This document shows, one piece after another, positions 9,745 to 20,100 of a stretch of 64,000 bases of DNA (its first letter is position 1; the number at the start of each line of letters is the position of its first letter). Under the pieces are notes generated by a model. It was given only the letters and a program-made list of their open reading frames with translations. It ran no database searches and was not told where the DNA came from. The translations under genes were made by a program, and so were the position numbers. Origin of the DNA: a virus (lineage: Duplodnaviria; Heunggongvirae; Uroviricota; Caudoviricetes). Where the stretch lies: positions 160,001 to 224,000 of IMG/VR virus record IMGVR_UViG_2799112330_000002. One strand, written 5' to 3'.

Positions 9745-9799
9745 ACATATAGTTAATATTACATATAGTTAATATTACATATAGTTAATATTACATATA
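9745..9799. repeat. perfect 16-bp tandem repeat ACATATAGTTAATATT, about 3.4 copies
   Basis: Units start at 9745, 9761 and 9777, with a partial unit at 9793. Confidence 0.9.
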
Positions 9800-9836
9800 A
9801 TAAATATATATAGCAGCGAATTACTGAAATATCATT

Positions 9837-10346
9837 ATGTTAGACTGGTTAAGTAAAGAACTATTAGAAACATATTGTTTTTCTAATATTGATGAAGACA
9901 GAACAAGGTCTAAAGAAGTGATTATTAACGGGCGTCCTTATATAAAGTATGGAGTTGAATGTGCTACAACTGTTGTTGCTTTGAAGTATAAGGTATTTGA
10001 CCCAAGTATTAACCGTCATAAATTTGTCATATTATATGGCATAGCACGTCAAAATCCTGGGGATTTGATTATTACTGCAGAAGAAGGTAAAGAAATAGCT
10101 ATGGAAAACGCATTAATCAACCCAGTAATGAAAGTTGAATATATGAATGATCCAGACGCTTTTACTGTTAATTTGTTTATGAGAGCTTATGTTGCGGGCT
10201 TACCAGTAAAGTTTGTGAATACTAAGCAAGAACTTAAGTCATTAAACAAAGATCTCAAACTTTATAACAGAAAAACAGGAATGAAATCAAATGAGTATTA
10301 TCATCAATACTATGTTGATTTTCGTAATAAATTTATGGAAGACTAA
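9837..10346 (+). CDS. hypothetical phage protein
   Basis: 169-aa ORF containing GIARQNPGD...GKEIA. Confidence 0.65.
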   Translation: MLDWLSKELLETYCFSNIDEDRTRSKEVIINGRPYIKYGVECATTVVALKYKVFDPSINRHKFVILYGIARQNPGDLIITAEEGKEIAMENALINPVMKVEYMNDPDAFTVNLFMRAYVAGLPVKFVNTKQELKSLNKDLKLYNRKTGMKSNEYYHQYYVDFRNKFMED

Positions 10347-10351
10347 CAATT

Positions 10352-10951
10352 ATGAGAGATGATAATATACAAGGATTTGGGTATGCTGAAATGTATGAAT
10401 GGTATGAAGTTCCAGAACAACAAAACAAATTGGGAAGATTTGTTACATTTGACAAAAGAGATCCCAATAAGATAAAGTTAGCTACTGGAGATGACTTTAT
10501 TATTGGAGTGACTACTGTTTGTGCTCAGGATACATCAGACAATCCAGATGAATGGAAATACTCTTATCTTTGTAATGAATACGGAGACTTATATCTTCAA
10601 AAAGAACGATTAGCAGTTGGCGCAAAACAATATGATCAACTATTAGAATTGAACTATATCAAGACTTATCCATGGGAACATTTCATTCGTATTGAGAACA
10701 AGTTCCTTGATAAGAATCGTAAATATGTTCAAAGAGCTAATCGTCAAGAATGGATACGAGTCAACCTTATTGGAAAGACAATTGTAAGAGACAATGGGGA
10801 ATGCAAGCCAGGAGAGTTCTGTGAAGCTTATACTGGAAAACTTAAAGAACTACAAGGAATAGCAGTCCCATCAACAAATACATCAAAGAACAAGAAATTC
10901 TATGTATTAGAGCGATTAAGTAATAATACTGTTCTTATTCTGAACAAATAA
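10352..10951 (+). CDS. stand-alone Peptidase_G2-like (intramolecular chaperone / autocleavage) domain protein
   Basis: GYAEMYEW, GRFVT, IIGV, RQEWIRVNLIGKTIVRDNGECKPG match the Peptidase_G2 pattern. Confidence 0.75.
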   Translation: MRDDNIQGFGYAEMYEWYEVPEQQNKLGRFVTFDKRDPNKIKLATGDDFIIGVTTVCAQDTSDNPDEWKYSYLCNEYGDLYLQKERLAVGAKQYDQLLELNYIKTYPWEHFIRIENKFLDKNRKYVQRANRQEWIRVNLIGKTIVRDNGECKPGEFCEAYTGKLKELQGIAVPSTNTSKNKKFYVLERLSNNTVLILNK

Positions 10952-10961
10952 AGAGGAGATA

Positions 10962-11951
10962 ATGACTATGGATAGAATAAGTGTAATTACAACATACTAC
11001 AATGCAGAGAAATTTGTTATTGATGCTATAAATAGTGTAAACCAGCAAATAGTTGGTGATGATTTTGAAGTTGAATATGTATTAGTAAATGACAAGACTC
11101 CAGACAATACTCATAAACTAGTACAGGATTTTGTCAATAAGGTTGGAAATCCTAAGATAGACTTCAAACTTGTGGAACCTGATGAGAATCTTGGATGCGG
11201 TGGAGCAAGAAAGTTTGGTATTGATAATGCAACAGGTAACTATTTTATGTTCCTTGATGCTGATGACTACTATCTTCATACTGACTTCATCCTTAGAGCT
11301 TATCATACTATAAAAGAAGAGAATGCAGACATCGTTGAATTTGGTATACTGTTCAATCAACCTAATGGACAGCAAATCAATAATACAGCACCACAGAAAA
11401 TAGTAATAGAAAACAATCCTTCATTAGCAGAGATAGCATTGTTCAAAGACAATCTCATAAAGTTCAATGTATGGTCAAAGATATATACCAGAGAAATGGT
11501 TGAGTCTTATCCATATTCTACAGTAAGAACATTTGAAGATGTACGAACAATACCTATATGGATAAGCAATGCTAAGAAAATAGTAATAATGCCAAATACA
11601 GAAATCAATTACAGGGCTGCTGGAGGATCTATCATTCGTACTAATATGGTTGATACACGGCTTGGTACTATTACAGCAATTGCAGAATTGTTTGAACGTT
11701 TCAAGGGAGATTTGAATGTAATGAAGGCAATGTATGGAAGAGCAATGGTAGACTTAGAAGCAATTCTTCATAATCATTCATCTAATGATGAAGGGTTCAA
11801 TGAAATGTCAAGACTAAATACAAAGATGCTTGCTTACATATATCCTGACAAATACAAGACAATGACATTCCATATTGAGGATGAACAAAATATGCAAAAT
11901 CAGGGAGGTAAGACTCCTCAAGAAAAAAAGGATGATTTGGAAATCATATAA
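10962..11951 (+). CDS. GT2 family glycosyltransferase
   Basis: ISVITTYYNAE, LVNDKTPD, NLGCGGARKFGI, YFMFLDADDY, VWSKIY, FED. Confidence 0.9.
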   Translation: MTMDRISVITTYYNAEKFVIDAINSVNQQIVGDDFEVEYVLVNDKTPDNTHKLVQDFVNKVGNPKIDFKLVEPDENLGCGGARKFGIDNATGNYFMFLDADDYYLHTDFILRAYHTIKEENADIVEFGILFNQPNGQQINNTAPQKIVIENNPSLAEIALFKDNLIKFNVWSKIYTREMVESYPYSTVRTFEDVRTIPIWISNAKKIVIMPNTEINYRAAGGSIIRTNMVDTRLGTITAIAELFERFKGDLNVMKAMYGRAMVDLEAILHNHSSNDEGFNEMSRLNTKMLAYIYPDKYKTMTFHIEDEQNMQNQGGKTPQEKKDDLEII

Positions 11952-11975
11952 AAATATATTTTAAGCTTAAAAAAT

Positions 11976-12440
11976 ATGAAAATGACAACAAATGATATTG
12001 TATTAAGACATAATTTTGTAAGTCAAATACAATTCAAAGATGGTAATTCACAACTTAGTAAAGATCTAAAGATCAAACTTATGAGCATGCGTATTGAATA
12101 CGGAAAGGTACATAAGGAATTTGATAATGATGTTCAAGAATTTACAAAGGGAATTATTTCAGAACGATTTAATGAACTTCAAAGAAAACAAGATCGTACT
12201 GAAGAAGAAAACACAGAATTAAACAACTTGACAGCAGAATATAATGCTATGACAGTTGACTATATCAATAAGCTTGCCGCTGAAACTCATGAAGTAAAAG
12301 AATATGCATTTAATATTGATGAATATTCTGAGATTCTTGAGACTAATTCTTCAAATGATGTAGAAATTAATGGGCAGAAAATCAAAGCACCAGATTTCTT
12401 AGAGGCAATTTATGAGATATTTGTAACAAAAGAGGAGTAG
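11976..12440 (+). CDS. hypothetical helical protein
   Basis: 154-aa ORF ending inside a terminator palindrome. Confidence 0.65.
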   Translation: MKMTTNDIVLRHNFVSQIQFKDGNSQLSKDLKIKLMSMRIEYGKVHKEFDNDVQEFTKGIISERFNELQRKQDRTEEENTELNNLTAEYNAMTVDYINKLAAETHEVKEYAFNIDEYSEILETNSSNDVEINGQKIKAPDFLEAIYEIFVTKEE

Positions 12441-12459
12441 TTAACTACTCCTCTTTTTT
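12428..12459. terminator. bidirectional intrinsic terminator (perfect 30-bp palindrome)
   Basis: AAAAGAGGAGTAGTTAACTACTCCTCTTTT between convergent genes. Confidence 0.85.
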
Positions 12460-12498
12460 ATTATATTTTATTATAATTATAAACTATAAGCTATAATT

Positions 12499-13341
12499 TT
12501 AACCACCGATTGTTACAGTAAAATATCCTTCTCCAATAATTAGATCTCCATCAGCATTAGAAAGTTTTGTATCTGCTAAAGTTATATTAGCAGGAGATAC
12601 GTCAACTAATAAAGTATCAGCAGAGCCTAATGTAGGTGTACCAGCAGGTGTTAATGTTCCAGTAAAAGTATATCTAGTTGTACCCGATATACTTCCACTA
12701 GTTCCAGATGTATATTCCACTAATATAGGACCACCTTGACCAGATGCTCTATATGTTATATATGTAGCAGGTGTATTATAATTAATAGCAGTAACATCCC
12801 CAAGAGGAGAATACTTGTTACTAAAAGTATTGTAATTTATTTTATGCATAGTTAAAATAATCCATTGATGATTTTCGGCATTAAAAAACGGTAAATATGG
12901 AAATACAACATAAATATATGTCATGTATCCTTCATTAAATGCAAATGTTGATCCATCAGGTTTAATATGATCAAAATTAACAAATGTATAAGGAATAAAT
13001 TCATATCCGTGTGTTGTCAATAAGTCTTGATATTGAGATACTGCTTCTGATCTAGATGTTGCAGTTATGATCCAACCCCATTGAACTCCTATAGCCCATT
13101 TAAAATTATTAATTAAATAACCTTGATATCTATTTGTTGCATTAGTTGATCTTAGAAATTGAATTCCAATCTTACATACATATAAATTATTTATATTACA
13201 CCATTGAACTTGGTATGATCTGCTAAATCCTCTTCCACTTAATGTTATTGTTTCAATTGAATTATTTGCAGGTCTAGTAGACTTAGGTAATAATATTCCA
13301 CTTTCTCCATAATAAAAACTTAGTAAAGTTGCTGAAGACAT
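12499..13341 (-). CDS. C-terminal part of a tail-fibre-associated (adhesin-like) protein; in frame with 13467..14123 after a -1 shift at G7
   Basis: The frame stays open 46 codons upstream of the ATG, up to the G7 tract at 13478-13484; beta-rich Thr/Gly/Tyr composition. Confidence 0.7.
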   Translation of the reverse strand: MSSATLLSFYYGESGILLPKSTRPANNSIETITLSGRGFSRSYQVQWCNINNLYVCKIGIQFLRSTNATNRYQGYLINNFKWAIGVQWGWIITATSRSEAVSQYQDLLTTHGYEFIPYTFVNFDHIKPDGSTFAFNEGYMTYIYVVFPYLPFFNAENHQWIILTMHKINYNTFSNKYSPLGDVTAINYNTPATYITYRASGQGGPILVEYTSGTSGSISGTTRYTFTGTLTPAGTPTLGSADTLLVDVSPANITLADTKLSNADGDLIIGEGYFTVTIGG

Positions 13342-13466
13342 ATTTGATGATGCTGTTAACCAAGAAATATTTGATTGTGATCCACCAACACGTGTAGATG
13401 TTAAATCAACAGTATGTTGAAATATACAACTACCATTATGATAAACGGGGATTACTATATTATAAT

Positions 13467-14123
13467 TTAAATAACCGCCCCCCCGTAATTATAATACATT
13501 GTTGAATTACTATTATTAGATGTATAAGTCATCTTTATTATAGGTATATCTGTAGCAGAAGAGTTTGACATATTACCATGATACCGTAGAGTTATAGCTC
13601 CTCTATAATATGGACCTAATGAAAATTGTCCTTGTGAATAGAAGAGCCCATTCTTTGGATTCATTTCATAATAATCTGTACTATTTGTATTTAATGGCTC
13701 TCGATTAAATGGATATAAATACAAACCACCAGCCTCAAAAATATTACCAAACCTATCAGCTCCTGAACTAGAGTCATCAATTGATAATCCTCCTGTATTA
13801 TCTATATAGATATCAGCATCAATAAAACCTTGTGTCTGGAATGCGGTATCTCGCCAAGAATATAATTCTCCATCTTTTATTAATATATTCTTGCTACTAT
13901 CATAAAAATCACTAGTACTTAGTGGATCACCAGTATGATGGCAAACAAAAAAATGAACTTCATTTATTCCAGTAAAATCAGCTTCATTAGCTTCAAAATA
14001 TTTTCTTGGTATATATCTGTTAGAATCTGCAGAAACTTTAAATACTTTATTTGAAACTCCAGTATAATTTGTCATTATTCTACCAATATCACTACCGGTT
14101 AAATATTTATCTGTTATTGCCAT
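13467..14123 (-). CDS. N-terminal part of a tail-fibre-associated protein, ending just after a G7 tract
   Basis: Overlaps the tail fibre stop; ends TAC GGG GGG GCG GTT ATT TAA. Confidence 0.75.
   Translation of the reverse strand: MAITDKYLTGSDIGRIMTNYTGVSNKVFKVSADSNRYIPRKYFEANEADFTGINEVHFFVCHHTGDPLSTSDFYDSSKNILIKDGELYSWRDTAFQTQGFIDADIYIDNTGGLSIDDSSSGADRFGNIFEAGGLYLYPFNREPLNTNSTDYYEMNPKNGLFYSQGQFSLGPYYRGAITLRYHGNMSNSSATDIPIIKMTYTSNNSNSTMYYNYGGAVI
13478..13484 (-). repeat. G7 homopolymer at a frame junction (candidate contingency locus or frameshift site)
   Basis: CCCCCCC on the + strand; adding one G fuses the two ORFs into a 541-aa protein. Confidence 0.8.
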
Positions 14124-17100
14124 ATATTAATGTTTCTAAATAACTAATTTTCTTATCTTGTTCTTTTACCTTTTCAATTAATGCACCTACTAATTTAGAT
14201 AATGCTGAATTATAGTTAACTGAATATGTATAACTTTCATAACTATAGTCTACTGCTTCAGGTATAACATATGATAGTTCTTGAGCAATAAAACCTGTAG
14301 CATGCTTATTAGAAGAAATCCAGTCAAATTCTTTTACAATGTTAGAATAAGAACTAAATATATTATTTATGAATTCATCAGATATTGGTTTTATGTTTTT
14401 CTTCAATTTCTTATCTGATGCTGAATATACATCATTACCCTTAAAATATGGTGCACCAGCATAAATAGATAGAATTGTACCTGAACTTGAACCTTGACTT
14501 GTGCTACCTAATAAATAATATTGGGTACTTGATGAAGCCGTTATAATATATATTTGATCTGCTTCAGATGCCAGTCCATTAAAATAATTTGCAGTAATTG
14601 TACCTGTTGATGGATTTGCTTTAATACTAGAACAAAAACGAGTTTCATCAGTAATTGTTGCAGTTGCAGTTGTATACTTGAACAACATTGGATAATTATA
14701 GTTTCCTGTTGTTTGCCATTGTTTTACTTTAGGCGGGATCCAAGCAAATGTTCCAGCTGTATATGATAGCATATATGAACTATTTGCATCATTTTTGGCT
14801 GGTGCTGTTATAAAGCCTGTTGCACCTGCGCCTGTTTGATATAATAATTGATTCTTAGCACCTCCTGATATATTTGTAGCATTTGTAGCATTTGTTGCAT
14901 TTGTTGCATTAACTGCATTAGTAGCACTTGTAGCAGATGAAGCTAAAGCATCTAAAGTACAATTTAATGTTCCCGTTAAGTTAACTGTATTAGAACCAAT
15001 TGTAGTTGTTGTTGGTAATGCAGTAGCACCTGCAGAAGTAGATGAATATAGATTAAAATAATTATATCCATTACCACCCCATGAGCCTCCATCAATAAAC
15101 TTAAATGCTAATGAATTATATCGGCCGGTTAATTTTGCCCATACTTCAAATGTCACAGAATCAGATCCATTAAAGTATAATAGTTTAAAATTATCTAATG
15201 GTAATCCACTTGAAAGCGCATGGAATTTTATAGCAGACGCAGCATATTGATTAGAACTACTATTACATTGTACATATAATATTCCTGATATAGTTGATTG
15301 TCTTCCACATGATACATGTAATTTTATCCATCTATAATTAGTTCCTGTTAAGTTAATATCTGCAATCTTATAATAATCATCTGCAGCTGCAGTAGAATTA
15401 TATACTACTGAATATAATTTAGTCACTGTTGGCACTCCACTGGATAAATATATAGGCTGTACACTATTACCAACAGAAGCTGTTCCAAGTTTAGTTGCAG
15501 TTGTAGCAGTACCTAAGAATGATGGGGCTGTAATGCTTCCCTTAACCCATAGATTACCAGTATTAGAGCTTAACTCCATCATATTTGAGATAGCTGAACC
15601 AGCAGCATTAGCAGAGCTTTCCCATATCCATCCATAACCAGCAGCATTTTCTATAATACTTCTCATAGCCCATGATGTTACAACTGTTCCAGCTGGATGT
15701 GCCGCACCACCAGGAGACTTATCTTTATTAGACATATATTCAATCCATGTGTTATATGCTCTATTATAGAAATGTATACCATACGATGTTTTATGATATT
15801 GAGTATCTAAATATAATGCTCCTCTTATATAGCTATTGCCATTTACATCTAATGTTTCTGCTGGTACACGTATTCCTACACCAAGTTTTGGATTAATTGA
15901 AACTCCTTGTCCTGCATTTACTAAATCAATATATACTTCATCACCACCTCCAGAGGTATTATTACTAATACGCATATCTAATGATTCATTACCAGAAGTT
16001 GCCGCTGAACCTATTCTAAAATTAACAGAATCATTATATGCACGTGTTATTTGAATTGGCCATTGAGTAGCATTACCTCCAAATATTCCAGTATAAGCAT
16101 AGACATTCTTCCATTTTAATGTAGATGATCCAATATTATAAGTATTATTTATTGCTGGTGTAATAGAATTATAGTTATCAAATACAGTTTTCCATACTCC
16201 CCATGTTCCACTGCTTTGACCTCTTATTTGCATCATTCTACCAGATGCATTTGCAGATGTTGGTAAGAAAAGCTGAGCATCCCATCCAGCATTATTATCC
16301 CAGTTAAAATGTAATATATGACCATCAGACAATGGCTTATTAGAAGTTGTAGAACTAGTTACTTTAAATGATATTATACTTCCATCTCCTAATGTTGTCT
16401 TATTAATATCTGTTGTTGAGTATCGATCTTCATATAAACTTAGTTTTGTAGCATTGGTTGCATTAGCAGCATTATAATTAACAGCAGGATTTTCTTTTGT
16501 TATTTCTACGGTTCCACTTAATGTTGTTTCAAGACCAATTTCCCATCCATTATTCCATTTATCATAATCATCTCCACCATGTCCAACATGAATATCTTTT
16601 AGCCAAACTCTTACATAAGACCATGCAGTATTAGTTTCTCCAATCCAGACAATATTTCTTGTACCTCCACTATCATGACCAAATCTAACTGTTAAATTTC
16701 CATAATCATTCAAGTCATCTCTTAGTGAATATACACTAGTATTTTTCCATAGACCATCAGTATATACATATCCATTAATATGATATGTTGAAGATCTTGA
16801 GGTGACATAATTATATATTTCAACAGTAAACTTCATCATTGTTGCTTGTTTATATCCAGTAATTGGAAGTTTAATAGCAATTGCACCACTACCACTATTT
16901 GGTCCTTTAAAATAATGGGCATTTGGATAAACAACCGTATGATTATCTCCGACACTTAATGCATATGAAGTTCCTTCAACATGAGATGTACCAGTTACAT
17001 ATAGATTATATGATGGTGTTGTTCCTGTATCTATAGCAGTATTAACATAAAGTGATTGTTTTTTCATTTGTACTGTTGGTACTTCAATTGCAGAACTATA

Positions 17101-20100
17101 CCAGTTACTACTATCTGTTAAATCATTACCGCATTTAAATATGAAACTTGTAATAGCATTCTTATTAGCAAAAACCAATGCTTCATTACCATTAGTCATA
17201 TATTCAATTTTTGAATTATAGTTTGCATTACCGGGTCTGAAATTAATTGCTACTTTATTAGGTGTAAATGTCAATAGACCTTCATTTGTAGTTCCAAGAT
17301 TTGTGTAAGAAACACCAAGATAATTTGTATTAGTAATACCAACTACAGCAAGTGTTTTAGAACCCGGATTCCATGTAAAATAATCAAATGATTTATATAA
17401 TTGATTTGCTGTTGAAGTTGTTTGGGTTCTTGTATTTGCCCATACTATAGGATAATTAGTATTTGAAGTAATATTATGGTTTACTATAACATTAGTAGCA
17501 TTTGTAGCATTTAATGATGTTGTAACATCCTCACTAACAAATTGTGTTTCATCAGCAGGAATAGTAGTAAATATATAAGTATTATCTACAGTATTACTAC
17601 TACTTGTAAATAAATTCCAATTATCACTATGAGCTGCCCAAGAACCACTGTCTAATAATCGAATTCTTGCGTGATACCATTTTGCAGGAACTTTATAATA
17701 TAATTTACATATCAAACTATTTGCAGTAACTTTCGTTGTTAATATAAAATCGTCAGGAGTTAAATGTAAATCTTTTACAATCCATTTAGCATGTGTGGTA
17801 GAAGTGTTAATAGTACTAGCACCAGATTCAACTCTAGCTTGTACATATAATATTCCTCTAGCCCTTTCATAATAACCCGATACTAAAAATGTTGCAGTAA
17901 TATTTCTAGTACTTGTATTATTTTCTATTTTTGCTTCAGCCATTAAATGATATGGATTAGTAACACCAGCACCACCATCATATCCATTTCCGTAAATAAG
18001 ATATTTTGCAAATGTAGAAGTACCAGTTAAATCACCCTTGAATGTTCCATTTAATATTGTCTCATCCATCCAAAGTGATGGTATTTTCTCTATAGAATTA
18101 AGAGTCTTATAATATGTTAAATATGTTGCAGTACCTGTAGCTACTCCTGATTTTAATTCATACGTCATTTCTGTAGGTACACCGGCTGCTAGATATATTC
18201 CTTTAGTAGCAGATCCTTTATTAGCTGTTCCAAGTTTAGTTGCTGTATCGGCATTACCTTTTAATGCACCTTGGAAACAAGTAGCATATGCTGTAGCAGT
18301 TGCTGGATTAATTTTAACATTAGTATTATAATATGTAGTATCAGCCGTACCAGATGTTCCATTTGCGGTTTTTCTGACTAATATAGGCATTGCATAGTTA
18401 TATGTTGTTGATGTTTGTATTACTTTAGTGTCGGTATTAGAATCAGATGGCATTGTCATTGTTCTTGTACTCCAACTGGTTATATGACCATTTGCATCAT
18501 ATGTTATAGTTGGTATAGTAAATGTTCCGCCAAATGATAACGTCGCAGTAGCACTACCCGCAGCAGTACCGGCTGTTATATTATTAGTATGTCCAAATTT
18601 ATTTGATGCTAATGTTATTCCCTTTTCTGCCCCATAAGGAGATAATCCTGTTATATCGCTAGCAGTAACATTAGTACTTCCCATAATATGTCCTTGAGTA
18701 TCATATGATATTTTATAAAAACCAGATGCTTTTGTACCACTAAACAACGTGTTATGTGATATAGTAAGATCATTATTAGATGAAGATACAGTTATACTGG
18801 TGCCATTTTTTACATTCATTGCTCCGGTATCAGTTGCAGTTCCTTTCCATGCTGTGCCATTAACTGTAATATTACGCCATGTGTTATTATCTGTTGGTGT
18901 TATCCAAGTTGGGGCTTTATTTGGTCCTTCACTTTTTAGAATTTGGCCTACTGTACCGGATACTATAGGAGCATATGCAATTATTGTTGTACCACTTTTA
19001 GCTGCTCCATTTAATGTTACATTAGTACCTCCTGCATATGCTGTACATTGCGCAACTCTTCCATAAGGACTTAAATATATTGGAGTAAAAGCATTACCAA
19101 GAGCATTATTATTTCCTGCATGAACAGCATACATGTCTGCATTAAAACTTGGTAAATAGAATGTCTTATTATATCCAACATTATACTGAATTACATTTGT
19201 ATAGTTAGCTGTTGTACCATATAATCTTAATACACCTCGAGCATTATTAAAACCATTTTGTACAGGTGTATTATCATTAGATACATTTGCTGTTTCAACA
19301 TTTACAATATTATTTCCTAATTCTAATAATCCTTCTCCTACTGTTCCCTTCTTAGATGCTGTTGATGCAGTACCTAATACACTAATGGTCATTTTACCAT
19401 ATTGATTATTCTTTCCATAAACAACAAATCCACTTGTATTAACAGTTCCCATATTACTTAAAAACCATGAAGAAGTTTCAAAAGTATTAGGAGAAAATGT
19501 TGTTCCATCTATATAAAGTCTTGGTTTGATAGTTCTTGAAGCATATTCATAATCGTCATGATTAGTATTTGTTGCTCCTGTAATTGTAAGTCTACCTTTA
19601 TAGTTATTAATAATTCTTGCAGAAAAATCTAGACCAGTATATGCATAGTGAAAATCTATATATGGAGTATCATGAGATAATTCTATTGATCCAATATTGA
19701 TGAATGTTCCTTTTGCTGCACTATTTGTTGCTGTATAATTTGTGGCACCAACTAATAATGATGTTGTAAAAAATCCAGATTTAAATCTAAAATTAGTAAG
19801 TCCAATTGTATAAGCATCATTAGTTTGGGCAGTTATATTTTGAAATACACTTAATCCTTGTACTTGAAATTTTCCACTTTGAGCTGGAACCGCAGTACCA
19901 TTTATATTGATTGTTGATCCATTTGTAAATATACCTGTCCCAGGACTGATTGCATTAACCGCACTATAGAAAGCTATTCTATTTGCACTAGCACTATTAT
20001 TTATTGTAGAATTAATTATATAAGATATTTGAGTAGCTCGTCCATTTTCAGCTACATATATTGGTCTGTTTGTTGCTCCTATAATATTATTATTTGGACC

